Shown here piece by piece: positions 1 through 13,399 of a stretch of 25,250 bases of DNA (position 1 is the first letter of the stretch; the number at the start of each line of letters is the position of its first letter). The stretch covers positions 2,477,355 through 2,502,604 of the forward strand of contig JANKJI020000002.1 in NCBI GenBank assembly GCA_024626585.2, read 5' to 3'. This DNA is from Ginkgo biloba. Its lineage: Eukaryota > Plantae > Ginkgophyta. The translations under genes and the position numbers were made by a program. The notes beneath the pieces were generated by a model, which saw only the letters and a program-made list of their open reading frames with translations, ran no database searches and was not told where the DNA came from.

Positions 1-3000
1 TTTTTGGATTAGCATTTATGTTTTACATGAGTAATTTATGGGGTTTTTACATATGGAAGTTATTATTGATTTATACTATATATAGTATCCAAGATTTAAG
101 TTTGTACATTATATGGGTTGTGTTCACTTAGATAATTAATCACTAACCCTTGTGAAGAATTCACTAAGTGATCATGAGTGCTAAATAGGCCTTATAAGAA
201 GGGATATGTGGCTTATTTCATATTATAGGCATGTGGAAAATATGTAGCTTGTTGGATTATGTAAACTATTATAGGGATTGGTGTTTCAATTTTTAATATA
301 GTACCATAATCATGTTATAATTTCATGGATGCATGTTAGGAATTTTTCCTACAAAAAAAATTTAATATAGGGAGCAATGAGTTAGTATCATCTTCATAAG
401 AAATGGAGAGAGAGTAGGAGTACTTTATAATCACATATGTATAGGTGGAAAATTTTCTAGTGAGGTGGAGCCCTTTCTTGTCAAGTGAGGGATTCTTGGG
501 TAATATTGCCTCAATACTCTTCCTCTTGTCACTCTAGTATGTTTGGGTGGTAAACCATATAGATATATTAATTGGCATATGTCCATGTGTTAGGAAGAGT
601 AAGGTTTTTTTAACAAATCCATGATGNNNNNNNNNNNNNNNNNNNNNNNNNNNNNNNNNNNNNNNNNNNNNNNNNNNNNNNNNNNNNNNNNNNNNNNNNN
701 NNNNNNNNNNNNNNNNNNNNNNNNNNNNNNNNNNNNNNNNNNNNNNNNNNNNNNNNNNNNNNNNNNNACTTGTTTCAAATATATGATTGATATTATTATA
801 AATAAGAAATTAATCTATAATAATTGATTCTTTTCCCAACCTTAATGATATGTATATGGGATACTATAGATATAGTTATAGATTTAAAAACCAATATAAC
901 TAAGAACATCTACTAGTTGGTCTCCCTTGGTATAAGTTACCTATGGACCTCACTAGATGATCCATATTTAATCCCCCATGATGAAATCAAGGTAAACCTA
1001 AGGGACCTAGAGAATGGTCCATGATATTATCACCAAAGGAACTAAGGCCCTTATAGACTCTTTAAGAGGGAATTAGTATTATGTTAGCATTAGTTCCCAA
1101 ACCCTAAAAAGAATGAAAAAAATAATCCTATACCTATAGGAAGCAATAATATAGTAATATGATCCTAACCTTCTCATAATAAGTCGCTTATGAATCACTC
1201 AAATTATCCAAATGAGAATAAGGTTGTCTAAGTTTTATAAGGGAAGATCTTAAGAGTATAGTGATTCCTAGCAATGATCCTTCTCTAAAGTGGTATTTAT
1301 CTCAAGTAGATGTGAGGTGGTATTAGAGGGAATTTCTATGTAATTTTAGGGTGTCTTATCCTAGTGAAATATTATTAGAAATATTGGACTTAGAGTTAAC
1401 TCAAAAACATTTAGGACTTACCCAAATAACCAATAAGGGAATGACAATATTGGGGTGTGAATTTGCCTCCATAGTATGGTCGCTAAAATCTGTTGACATG
1501 TGGCCTAAGCCACTCCCCCCCACAAAGTTCTAATAATATTGATTGTACCCCCATATTCATGGAGGTTTTAAACCTACATCCCAAGGCACCTAGAGGGGAG
1601 TGCAAGTGTAGTGATGTTGATAAATATAAAGTGAGAAGAAAAGAGATGGAGATATGAGTTCAAATAGTACTCTTTTCTCTTTGTCATTCACTTTCTGAAA
1701 TGAAAATATCAATAGGAAACTCAATGGTGAGACAAAATAACTAAATAAATTTCAAATTCTATCTAGTTATAAGTTTCATTATAAATAGTACATAATATAC
1801 AAAGGTAAGCTTTGAATAGGAGTAGGATTATGGAAATACCTATTAAGATAATAGATAAAGGATTAAAGAATCTAGTCTAATGCTTAAGTTCTTTGATAAG
1901 AAGAAAATAAAAAATGAGGATATATATATGNNNNNNNNNNNNNNNNNNNNNNNNNNNNNNNNNNNNNNNNNNNNNNNNNNNNNNNNNNNNNNNNNNNNNN
2001 NNNNNNNNNNNNNNNNNNNNNNNNNNNNNNNNNNNNNNNNNNNNNNNNNNNNNNNNNNNNNNNNNNNNNNNNNNNNNNNNNNNNNNNNNNNNNNNNNNNN
2101 NNNNNNNNNNNNNNNNNNNNNNNNNNNNNNNNNNATATATAATAATAATTTATAATTTAATAAAGCAAACAGAGAAGTTGGAAACAATGTTGCAATCATG
2201 CTACTTAATCACAAATCATGGAAACATTCTTATGCAGCTATAGAACAATGTTCCTTTTATTTTAATAGATTTTATTCCTAATGTAAATTTATAAATGAGT
2301 TCTAACGGATTTAAAAAATAATAATTATATGCAAGGATACAATTTATGAAAAATCATTTGAAAATTCTTAAATATAGAACAACATGCATTCAAGAGATAG
2401 ATCTTAGAAAAGGGGTCCTACCTCCCTTCAAAATTTTATCTCTAGTCACTCCTTTATTGTAGCTCCATCACTATAGTAGCACTTTCTAAACTTCAACATG
2501 ATAAAGGCTTACTTTATCACAACATTTACCTTATGATCCCACNNNNNNNNNNNNNNNNNNNNNNNNNNNNNNNNNNNNNNNNNNNNNNNNNNNNNACATT
2601 ATATTTTATTTCTCCGCATGGTTCTTTGAAGCACTATAGATCATAGATCAAAGTTATGTTGTTATTATTCATTGGGTCATTCATGTTACACATCACCTAA
2701 CATACATCTTTAATTTTTCCCTTGTGTTATCATTAGTTATGGGAAAAGAATGACATCATTATTTTATGAAACATAGGGTTCTGACTAATGGAATTTTATC
2801 TTGTATTATGAGATACAAACCTATAAAAATTTATGATTTTATACCATAGTTAAGTTCATGATGCCAATTTATCATAAAGATAAAGGACATTTCCAATTCT
2901 AGAACATCTCAAGAATCTATAATTTTATAGCATCATCATTATTGTCTGAAGCATTTATCATGTGTCTACTTGTTTCTTACATAAATCACTTGGTAAGTCT

Positions 3001-3528
3001 ATGGAAAGATAATTATCTTCATGAGAATTATATTTAGGCTTTGATATCCTTATCATTAATCCATTCATATTATCACATCTACTTCTTTCATGGGATTTAT
3101 AGTGGAGGGAGGAGAAAGTAGGGGCATTCCATCCATGGTATGATCCCTACTCAGTGAGAGTATTCATCTGTTTCCACCTTATACTTCTTTAATAAAACTC
3201 ATTATCCACATCAAACACTTGATCCATTTTCTATTTCCATGGTTTACTTCCAAGTTTGTGGTTTCCTTATATAAATGTTTATACTAACAACATTTCTTGG
3301 AGCACATATTGTCATGAATATCTTATTGTATTGACTTTGTAGGTTTGTATATACATCAATGGAGAGTTCACTTCAAGCTATGAAGAGAGAAAGTTCATCT
3401 AATAAGATACTACTCCTCTTGCATAAGGACCTCTATCTAATATTAATTTACTTATTGTTATGTTATGTTTTTAGTATCTTCATCTTATTTATCATAGGGG
3501 TTATTAAATGCAATAATAATTATGCACT

Positions 3529-3846
3529 TGGATATGCTTTAGAGAAATTAAATAAAGTCACCAAGAAGGAACCCTTCCCTACTTTATTTAAAAAGGAAGT
3601 GATTGATAATGTATTTTTCATTTAGTGATGGGTTTCAAGATACAAACAAGTTTTTATAATGGCATAGGATTAGAAAAAAAAACTTTCTCCATTGAATGGG
3701 GCTCATTTTTAGACTAAGTAAGGTCATTTGATCGTATCAATGCTCTTGTCGCATTCTCTATAGTTATTGCAATCATATTCTAAGACCACATACATATAAT
3801 TTTGGAGGTGTATATAAATGATTAGATTTTATATAGTCTCTTAAAA
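3529..3846 (+). mobile_element. Degenerate Ty3/Gypsy reverse transcriptase fragment (non-chromovirus, Athila/Tat-like)
   Basis: Translation across frameshifts: KLNKVTKKEPFPTLFKKEVIDNV..SFSDGF.RYKQVFIMA*D*KK.FSIEWGSFLD*VRSFDRINALVAFSIVIAIIF*DHIHIILEVYIND*ILYSLLK. This is colinear with the Gypsy RT consensus LNKATKKDPFPLPF..SFLDGFSGYNQ..TTFTTEWG..VMPFGLKNAPA.F..LEVYLDDW. YxDD has decayed to YIND at 3811-3822. Confidence 0.85.
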
Positions 3847-5189
3847 GTCCAAGTTTCTATCTAAGATTCATGTTTATATAATATAAATAAGTTCAAGTTT
3901 CTTTGTTTCCTAATAAATGTTGAAAAAAAAGGAGATAAAACATTGTTCACCATGAGATGAAGGTGTGGTCTGATCACATATGGAGATGAAGAGATAGTCA
4001 TGTGTAGAGTCATTCACCATGAGAATTTCATAGTTATAGAAAGGGAGATAAGTAGCAAATGAAGGGAATAATCAAAGACGTAAGGGCTAAGCACAATCGT
4101 GAATAGAGAAATAGACGGCACAAGATGAAAGAAAATAGATTAAGGGTTTTTCACAATGAGCATTTATGAGAACCACATGCCACAAAGACACATCCATCAC
4201 ATAGAAGAGAATACATGGAGATAAAAAATGCATCCATGCAGAAAAATCGTGCATAAGAAGGAGTCATGGCAAAACGATGGAGGTTTGGAAATTTCATTGA
4301 AAATTATTATTTTTTCCAATGTTGGGCATGATTTAATAAGATTGAAATTTAGTTTTAGATCTTCCCTCAAATTAGAAATCAAGGTCATATGGAGAAAAAT
4401 TATGCAACCAGGTATTTAAAGACATTTTGTAAAAGGTTCAAAAAGTAAATTTTTGAGTTTAAATCATTTTTAGTCTACCTTTAGTTACAGTTTCAGTGAT
4501 ATATCCCACATATAGAGTTAGATTTTAGAATTATCTATNNNNNNNNNNNNNNNNNNNNNNNNNNNNNNNNNNNNNNNNNNNNNNNNNNNNNNNNNNNNNN
4601 NNNNNNNNNNNNNNNNNNNNNNNNNNNNNNNNNNNNNNTGAAAAACCCCCTTGTATAACGCACGTGGTATGTACAAAAAACATTTAGTGATCCCCCCAGG
4701 ATACTATCTCAACTCTACTTGGCCATTTTAGACAACTCTAATCATATAGGACATAATCATTTATATGACCAAGTAATCCATATCCTTATCCAACTCAATT
4801 CTATCTTAACCAATTTGGTTCTTGATTCACATCAATTACATAGGTGGCATCTTATTATTTTGTAGTTCTTATATAATTATGGATTACTTAAGTAGATAAT
4901 GACAAAGGATAAGTTCTATTTAGCCTTGGATTTGAATAAATATTTTAGTCGATGGAAACGATTCAATTTATGGGAATCTATGAGATAATCATAACTCTAA
5001 TAAAGGAAATCAACTTCAAATTAGAAAACCTTGGGATCTTCTCAACTCCTACCCTAGAATTGTAGAAGGAATATTGGTGGAATGTTTTTCATTACACTGG
5101 TCCTTACATCTATAGTGATAGTAATTAAGAATATGATTATTTTAGGCTTATTATTAAGGAGTTATTCATTATTGTCTCTTGTAGTTATT

Positions 5190-5575
5190 ATTTCCCTTGT
5201 GCTAAAAGTTGGTGTTTTATCTACAAAGGTTATCCCTTCAATTGTTCCTTTCTAATCATTTAGCTAAAGAAGGGTAAAAAAATTTGACTCTCTCTCTTTT
5301 TCTAAGTTGCCACAAGCCTTTCCAAAGTATCCTACATCTCACTTTCTTTCCCAGTAGTTTCATCTTAAGATAAAAATCTTAACAAATTCACTTATAACTA
5401 GAAAATTACTTATCGTAATAGGATTTGAATATTGCAAACAAAGGTCCAATGGTATGGATAAATTTACCTTATCACGGTGATTTCTTATCCTATGGATTTA
5501 TCTAAGGGGTCTCTTGTCTCCAAATATTATGATTGTTATTTCCCAAGCTCCTAACCTAGATTATACCTTTTCAAA
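5190..5575 (+). mobile_element. Possible highly decayed LINE ORF1 (DUF4283-like) relic
   Basis: Scattered fragments FPCAKSW, MDLSKG and LDY occur in the order expected for plant L1 ORF1. Many indels and stops. Confidence 0.25.
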
Positions 5576-6289
5576 AAAATTGTTACATGTCTACAATCAA
5601 TATTAGCCTCATAGTACTTCACAATAGTGCATAAAATAACTAGTTTTTTTTAATCATTATTATTTTCATTAAATTATCAACTCGTGTTTGGATATTTAAA
5701 TAGTGAGAAAAAGAAATAATTTCATCTGATATCTATGCAGTGTTAATAATCAAAGGTGATCTTGAAATAATTATCAAACAAAAAATCTACAAGAATCACA
5801 AAGAAAAAAATAGAACTAAAACTATAAAAGTCCTATTATAAACCAAGATCAAACTAAAAAATAAATAATCTATCTAACTATCAACTAGATTAATCCTCCA
5901 TTCCAGATAGGTATCCTTCTTTGATTACTTATTAGAGTCATCCAGGCACCTTAATGATCACTTTCGTTCAATTAAAAATTGTGTATGTTCTTTATTAAAT
6001 TAAAAACAAATATATGCATTATCTTACAATGACCTAAATGACTCATAAATCATTCGGTAACCTATAATCAATCTGTAAATAGACTTATGTTTAGAATAAT
6101 CTAAAGGTAATTAACTTGTGGAATTATTATATCTTCATATTCATTTATAGGGTTTAATGAATGCATGAATTAGGAGGACAAATATAAGCAACATCCATAC
6201 AAACATATTCAATGATATTAGCATAACTTTACTATTAGAGACAAATGTCAAGTATTAAGGATTCTTAGATGGTACATTGTTTATCATTA

Positions 6290-6605
6290 GGTCTTTTTTG
6301 TCATGATATGAAATGTATGTTGAGGAAGGAGCATCTTCATAAACTAATAACCAACTTCTTTGGAATCTTTTGGGAGACACCTAGATCTAGATACCTTCTA
6401 AAGTTTGATGTGTTGGGCAATTGGGGTGTAAGGGATTTACTTCATCATGGTGAGAAGCTTAGTATCATTCAAATAAGATACATAATACCCAAACCTATAA
6501 GTAATATATTCCTTAATTGTTTTAAGGAAGAAATGGATATATGTGATAACTAAGTAAATCACCTCAATATAATGGATTCATCATATATATGGGCATGGCA
6601 CCATA
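6290..6605 (-). mobile_element. Possible decayed LINE ORF1 relic
   Basis: The minus strand reads YLDLGVSQKIPKKLVISL*RCSFL, resembling the ORF1 motif CVDLDVSKPLP..I.I. Weak support. Confidence 0.3.
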
Positions 6606-6860
6606 CCTTATATTTAGTTAGATGATGATGGGGATTCTCATTGTCCCTTCTTAAAACTTTAAGCATAGAGTAGGGGATTTTTCTAGATAAATATGACTAG
6701 TGAAGATTGTGAATGATAGGTTCATTTATTTAGGAAATATCCGTNNNNNNNNNNNNNNNNNNNNNNNNNNNNNNNNNNNNNNNNNNNNNNNNNNNNNNNN
6801 NNNNNNNNNNNNNNNNNNNNNNNNNNNNNNNNNNNNNNNNNNNNCTTTAGTGCCTTATGA

Positions 6861-6925
6861 GGTTAACTTACCTACATTATGTTTGAGGGTAAAGTTACCC
6901 TCAAGTGGTTTGTAGGTAAGTTACC
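6861..6925. repeat. Two-stem palindrome (13-bp outer and 10-bp inner perfect inverted repeats)
   Basis: TAACTTACCTACA (6864-6876) pairs with TGTAGGTAAGTTA (6911-6923). TTGAGGGTAA (6883-6892) pairs with TTACCCTCAA (6895-6904). Symmetric 6-nt unpaired spacers and a 2-nt centre. Confidence 0.9.
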
Positions 6926-8295
6926 TTTAGTTTTTCTTGAAGATAGCTTTAATATTTATAAGATACCCAGCATTACCTTTAGCCTTGATGAGAGTAGGTA
7001 AAATCCACCTTCACCTCAACTTTAAGGTAAGTCTTTATGAACTTCATAGTTAGCATTGATTCTATTAATCTTCGAAGGTACCTAAAGAAAGTCTCCCAAG
7101 CATCTTAAAACAAACTTCCTATTACAAGAAAAATGAAATTAATTCTAATGCTAATCATTACATCATAGAGTATTTTACATGTTCAAATGAAAGGGAAGAT
7201 AGAAAATGAGGTAAATGATGGGTAGAAAATGCCTTATCACTAATTTGAATACATCCTCTTTTAATCATGGGAGTGTAATTGTACCCAATCTCCCATTTTT
7301 CATACTAATTATAAATAAATATTTGAGGTGTACTTGCATGTGTGAAGATCTTGGTTGTGGAAAAGTTCTTAATAATTATGATTCTATGTATCATTTGACA
7401 GTACTCTTGCTTGTTATTTTTCATGAAATTCATTGAGGGAGCATGCATTATATGCTTAGCATATAATGCAAGTGTTGGTTGCATGAAGTGAGAATATTCT
7501 TCTTACACCTGGTTTCCCACTCTTATATTATTCAAAAATATATTATGCTAGAAGTACTCACCTGTTGGAAGAATGATCCTTGGTTTTAGAAGTAAGAGAA
7601 TATTTTTCTATTACTAGCCAATACCACTATTAAGACTAGATTTTTTTTTTAATTGGAGTTGTAGATTTCTCTAGATCTGCGTTTTTCTCTAGTGAGGGCG
7701 ACTAGGGTTTTTTGAGAAAAACACTCGTAACTTTTGATTCTGAACTCCAAATTTTTGAAACTTGGTGTCAACTTGTAGATCTTTGCAAGACACACAGGAT
7801 TAGAGAAAATTTTAGTGAAAAAAAGTGAAAAAATAAAAAAAAAATTGAGCTGGAAGGGTTTCAGTTGTGCCCTCTATATTTTGCCTATTTAGAGTATCAT
7901 TGTGGAAACTGGTATCATTATGAAAGCATCGATCTCTATATAGATTGTTGTAGGAAAGAAAGTTTTCAAGGGTAGAGCTCAAAAGGATTTGGAGGTTTAG
8001 AAGAAAAAATTGAAAGACATGATGCAATTCTTGGTAGATGATGTACAAGCATTGTTAATTGCTATAAACCAAAATGAAAATTGCATGCAAGATATTTTGA
8101 AGATGCTAAAGAATGTAAATTCTTCAATTAAAGGTATGAACAAACATTTTGAGTTTTTCCAACAACATATATAACTCAATGAAAAGAAAATACAANNNNN
8201 NNNNNNNNNNNNNNNNNNNNNNNNNNNNNNNNNNNNNNNNNNNNNNNNNNNNNNNNNNNNNNNNNNNNNNNNNNNNNNNNNNNNNNNNNNNNNNN

Positions 8296-8470
8296 ATTGT
8301 ATGTAATCCTATCAACTTGAATCTGAAAATTCAATAATAACAATGGACACACATTCTTACATAAAGATAAAAAAAACTAACTGGAGAAACCCCCTTGGAG
8401 AAAACATATCTACAATTCATTAAATTTTATTATAAATAAATAAGAATTATAGTCATTGTATTTAGCATCC
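8296..8470 (-). mobile_element. Possible LTR (U5-like) fragment
   Basis: The minus strand has GTTTTCTCCAAGGGGGTTTCTCCAGTT followed by TGTGTGTCCATTG, similar to the GGGTTTTCC-type motif near the 3' end of plant Copia LTRs. Boundaries are not visible. Confidence 0.3.
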
Positions 8471-9344
8471 TGCAAAGCTTTTCACAATAAAAATATTTCA
8501 CACGGTTGTGTGGAGATTTTTAATCTTCCAAAGAATACTATGTTACACTCTCTATTATAGAGACAATTCTCTATTTCCCTTGTTGAATGAACATTATTCC
8601 AACTTCCTCCTTTAATTTTTTATCTTCTCCTCTATGTCCCTTTTATCCTCTCTCCCTCTCTGTTTGTTCAAATTTTCTATTCTCTATTTTTATTTAATAT
8701 ATGATGGACTTCCATTTTCCTTAATCCATTCANNNNNNNNNNNNNNNNNNNNNNNNNNNNNNNNNNNNNNNNNNNNNNNNNNNNNNNNNCCCTATTCATT
8801 GTCTTCCATTTTTTTTTTTCAAAACAAAATGATTTTTTTTATTTCTATTTTTACTCTCTAGTTGCATCATGATGATCAATGTGTAAAAAGATGCGATCAG
8901 AGAAGATGATAGGCTTATAAAAATACACTTTGATTATATAAGATGCAATTGGTTTATAAAATAAGATGATTGGAACATGCAATCAATTTATAAATTGATC
9001 TATAATTATAGGTAGTTACTAATTTGGCCATAAATTTCTTAGAGTAGCTCTATTTTTTGGCTCATTTTAAAGCTGAATCTAAAGGATATAACTTTCCCTC
9101 TTTAACCAACAACTAAAATTGTACATATTTTACCTAGTTTTTTTTGCAAGTTGATTGTCTTAGAAGTGACAGAAAATAGTTTGGATCCAAAAAATTAATC
9201 AATTTATTAGTGCAAGGATTATGATAGGTAATGAGTAAGAAGGTAGAGAAACTAGGCCATCTCGAATATCTCAATGATTTTTCTTAGTATTCTTAAGAGG
9301 TATGAATATATTTAAATTTTATTAACCTACATAATATTGAGCAT

Positions 9345-9605
9345 GTGGAAGCATTTCTTAAAAAAGTGGAAAATATAATATAGTTAAGGAGGATATTATT
9401 AGCCATACTTATGTACCCACTTGGTGTTGGAGGGTTTGTCAAAGTATAGAAGAAGCGATTAAATTGAACTCTAAGGGAGTAATCTAATTTTGTCAATTGC
9501 AGGATTTATGTATTGATGAATGCTTTGTCATGTTTCAAAGGTTAACTATATACAGATCCCAAGAAATTATACACCATATTTTTGTGCACGTTTATAGAGA
9601 GTATC
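9345..9605 (+). mobile_element. Possible PIF/Harbinger DDE transposase relic
   Basis: Fragments (II.AI.CTHL, with indels) and LNSKGVI*FCQLQDLCIDECFVMF...IIHHIFVHVYRE echo the Harbinger consensus GAIDCTHI...NRKG.HS.QLQ.VCD...F...PGS.HD.RV.R.S. Confidence 0.4.
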
Positions 9606-12539
9606 ATATTAGTGTGTGCTTTCAGAGCATGTGTTTATATAGTATCATGATTTTATGGAACATTTCTACAGTACGGACTGTAATGGCCAAACATTAAGAT
9701 TTTTCATCTAGAACAAAGNNNNNNNNNNNNNNNNNNNNNNNNNNNNNNNNNNNNNNNNNNNNNNNNNNNNNNNNNNNNNNNNNNNNNNNNNNNNNNNNNN
9801 NNNNNNNNNNNNNNNNNNAGGAATGAGAATAAAATAAGGAAATTTGACCAACCTTTTCCTTTATTTTATTGAAACATTCTTGGATACTACTCATAGCATT
9901 CACATAATAACAAAAACATCACATTTTGATTATAAACATTTAAAGAAAGGAAATAAAGTAATCTCCTGTAAAGAGTCCACCATAATTAATGAGAAAATTA
10001 TGCTATTGTGGAAATTGATTAAATAGATAACATTTTCTCCTCTTTCTTCCTAATTGTTACATAAGAATTTTCACTCATTCATGCATAACATTAAAAAATA
10101 AAGGGTGGTGAAATTCTTATGATTTAAATGTCCCTCACATGAGATATAGTTGTGAACACCATGCCTTGTTGCTTAACATATTTGATATCCATAATTTATC
10201 AATTTAAAATAAGTCTCTATGATTTATGTGTCGTCAATGCCCATGCTAATATTAAATAAAATTGGTGTTTTTTTCCATATGTTATTAGAATGATTGGATC
10301 CAACATAGGAGTGACTACATCCCAAACACTTCCAATGTTATTATCAAAATCAACAACATCATATGATGTACATGACAAGGGAATTAGACCTTATGCACAT
10401 ATAATCTGTCAAACAATTCCTATGGAAACATTAATAAGATTAACATATGATATAAAGTAGTGGTAATCTTTCAACTAGATCTTTTGAATGGTTTTAATGA
10501 AATCCCTTTATAAGGGTCTACTAGTGTTTTGGATCTCTAAAGGACTACTCTTAGGAATGGAGTATTTGATAGGGTTACCTTTACATCATATTATAGTATT
10601 TCATATAAATGATAAAATTAAAGTCTTCTTAATTACTATATCAATTTCTTGTTCTAGGAAGAGGGAAAGAAGAGGATGAAATTCATCATTATGGTGATCT
10701 TTCTTAGATCTCTCTTATGCGGACTTGGTTATAATTTCATTGTACAATGCATGCTTCTCCTCAAGTCTCTCCTATAATCTACAGCCTAAGGTTACCTTGG
10801 GAACCTCCATAGAGGTCGTTTCTCAATGAAGAGAAGCATTTTTTTCCAAGATTGTTATTGCCCCCACGTCCAAAAGTCACTTACAAGAAATCAACCCCCT
10901 CATTAAGATAGTAAGCTCTTGTCCCTATGCTAGAAAACAAATGGGGTTTATATCAATTTATTCGGCCTGTCCAAAAAAAATGGTGAAAATCGAGTTTTTT
11001 TTTTTTTAAATCATCGATTAATGTAGCTAAGCTGGCAAGAAGTCAATAATCTTCGGAAAATCCACAATTCGGTCTAAAAATCATTTTCATTTTACTATTA
11101 GGACTAGGATGAAAATTACCAAGGGAGTCTAAGGGGGTAATGCCCCTAGTGGGGTCTAAGCTTCATAACCCTAATTGTTGTATCGCTAATTTGTACTTTA
11201 AAATCCTAGGTCATATGATTTTTACTAAGAAAAAAATGTTGTGAGAATTTGTCAAAATCATACAAAATTTTAAATTTACAATGAGTTGTGACATCTACAA
11301 CAGGTTCTAACATATATGAGTANNNNNNNNNNNNNNNNNNNNNNNNNNNNNNNNNNNNNNNNNNNNNNNNNNNNNNNNNNNNNNNNNNNNNNNNNNNNNN
11401 NNNNNNNNNNNNNNNNNNNNNNCCTACATTCAACTTTTCTATCATGGCCTTCATGCACTCTATTTTTGGTTATATGTCAATTGCATGCCTTTCATGTCAC
11501 TTACATGTATTTCATATCACTTGCATGTCTTACATATTTTTCTTGTCTTGCATATCATCTATTAATAGCAACTAACTAAATATTTTGTACATGGGCTTTT
11601 CTAACTAGACCTAACTTAACTTATGAACTCAAATTAGAATTATTCCAACATTGGCATTGTGGACTAGGACCAAAATTATTAATGGGGTCTAATGATTAGT
11701 TCCCCTTAGCATCATATTGGGGTGTTACTTTTGGTAGGGTCGTCATATAACCAATTTTCACTTTAAAATATTGAATTCCTATGATTTATTCTAAGGAATA
11801 TATATTTGAAAGTAATTTATTAAAATTCATATGAATTTATTAAAATCACACATAAGTAAAAAACTATGAAGTGCAATGACATCTATAAGTACCTATGATA
11901 GTGTCAACCAAAGGTGAAACTTTGATCAATTTGTTTATTATCATGATACAAAATAATTAAAAAAAAATGATTGATTTAGAATTTCCATACAATAGGGTTT
12001 TAGATTCCATTAGTAGATTGATGAAACCATAATTTTGCAAGATGGATAATTCATCCAAACCTAGCCAAAATTTTTAAATTAAATGCCTTAGTGCAACTTG
12101 TTATAAAGTTAGGGGCTATTATAAAAGTGATAAAAGGATACAAAACATAAGGGGCTCCAATCAATGGAGGAGATTCATTCATTAGAATCAATGGTGTTGA
12201 TCAAAGTGCACAGGCTCAATTGTTTGTCAAAATGACAAATGACTAAAACTAGCAAAAGGCCTCAATATACCAAAAGGTCTCTAAAATCTAATCAACAACT
12301 GAGATTGAATCCAAAAGGATCCACGATGTAGGATGAAGCATAAGGGCACAAGAAATTATCAAAGTGAAAAAAGAATGCAAAAATGATAGAATGCCTTGAT
12401 GATGCAATAGTTGTTGAAGAGATGTTAGCATGCTCACTTAGTTTCCACATCATCCCCTCTATGATCTAGTAAGTGTCCATGTCATCTAATTCTAACAAGA
12501 AGTTAAAATGAATAGTTCATAGCTATATTACACACTAAA

Positions 12540-12990
12540 AAGATTATAAAATCTCTTGAGAACTCAAAATATGGGATTCCTTCAGTTCTTTTGGGATTCT
12601 TCTATTTGTTTCACCAACAAAGAAAAATGTGGTCTTGGCATTCCAAAGATGCGAGCATAGGGCATTGCTTTAGCAACCAAGTGGATAATTCAAAGTTGTT
12701 AANNNNNNNNNNNNNNNNNNNNNNNNNNNNNNNNNNNNNNNNNNNNNNNNNNNNNNNNNNNNNNNNNNNNNNNNNNNNNNNNNNNNNNNNNNNNNNNNNN
12801 NNTTATGAGTTGAACTTAATTTTATTTTGTGCTATTCCTTAAGCTTGGAAATCAGTATTTTGTTTGGATTCAAATCTGTATTTCGAGAGTCTTTACAATT
12901 ATTTTGTTTATTTCAGAAAACTTGAGAAATGGCCAATGAGAAACAACCTTGTTTTCTTTGAAAGCTCTAAGTTGTTTAGTATGGTATTGT
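12540..12990 (+). mobile_element. L1-type LINE ORF2 C-terminal relic (internally deleted or gapped)
   Basis: 12592-12699 translates WDSSICFTNKEKCGLGIPKMRA*GIALATKWII (consensus AWD.IC.PK..GGLGI.DL.....AL.AKW). 12930-12959 translates WPMRNNLVFF (consensus W..RN..IF). Confidence 0.75.
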
Positions 12991-13219
12991 CTTGAGTAGT
13001 CAATGGTTAGGAGAAATCTAATCTGATTTTAAAATTTGTACGCAAAGTCTTGGCATAGTGATAAAGTAATGTTACAAGGCTTAGAACCCTTTGACTCTAA
13101 ATGGATCTCTTCACACAATCAAAACACAAAAAAGTTTGAAAGGCATGGTGTGTCAAATATTTCATTTGTAAGTTCAACAAAAAGCAAATTCGAAGAGGGA
13201 AGACATTAACTCAAAAGAT

Positions 13220-13398
13220 GAAATTATTAGAGATTTTAGGAATATATCCATGTCTTACAGAAACCCAGCAGATTACCATAAGATAGGAGAATGGAACATA
13301 TTGTCATAAGAATGAGATCAAGAATATTATGTAAGAACTTCTCAAGCAAGGTATTATCAGGCACAATGCGAGCCCCTTTGCAAGAGAAGGATGGATCA
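13220..13398 (+). mobile_element. Ty3/Gypsy protease-RT linker and RT N-terminus relic (chromovirus-like)
   Basis: EIIRDFRNI...LP*DRRMEHI, then 13305-13382 HKNEIKNIM*ELLKQGIIRHNASPFA, then KDGS. Matches GLPP.R..EH.I and K.EIE..V.ELL..GIIR.S.SPFASPV.LV.KKDGS with deletions. Confidence 0.8.
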
Positions 13399-13399
13399 T

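Noticed and set aside
1-3350. Coding-like composition and short ORFs
   Set aside because: Probably decayed TE, but no assignable motifs were found, and most listed ORFs simply span N gaps.
7892-7930. TGGTATCA as a tRNA-Met primer binding site
   Set aside because: It lacks the following GAGC and an upstream LTR-ending CA. It is part of an 18-bp tandem duplication.
11424-11560. CATG/TGCA-rich ~20-bp degenerate repeats with Cys/His-rich ORFs
   Set aside because: Low-complexity repeat consistent with CpG decay; the translations are not credible proteins.
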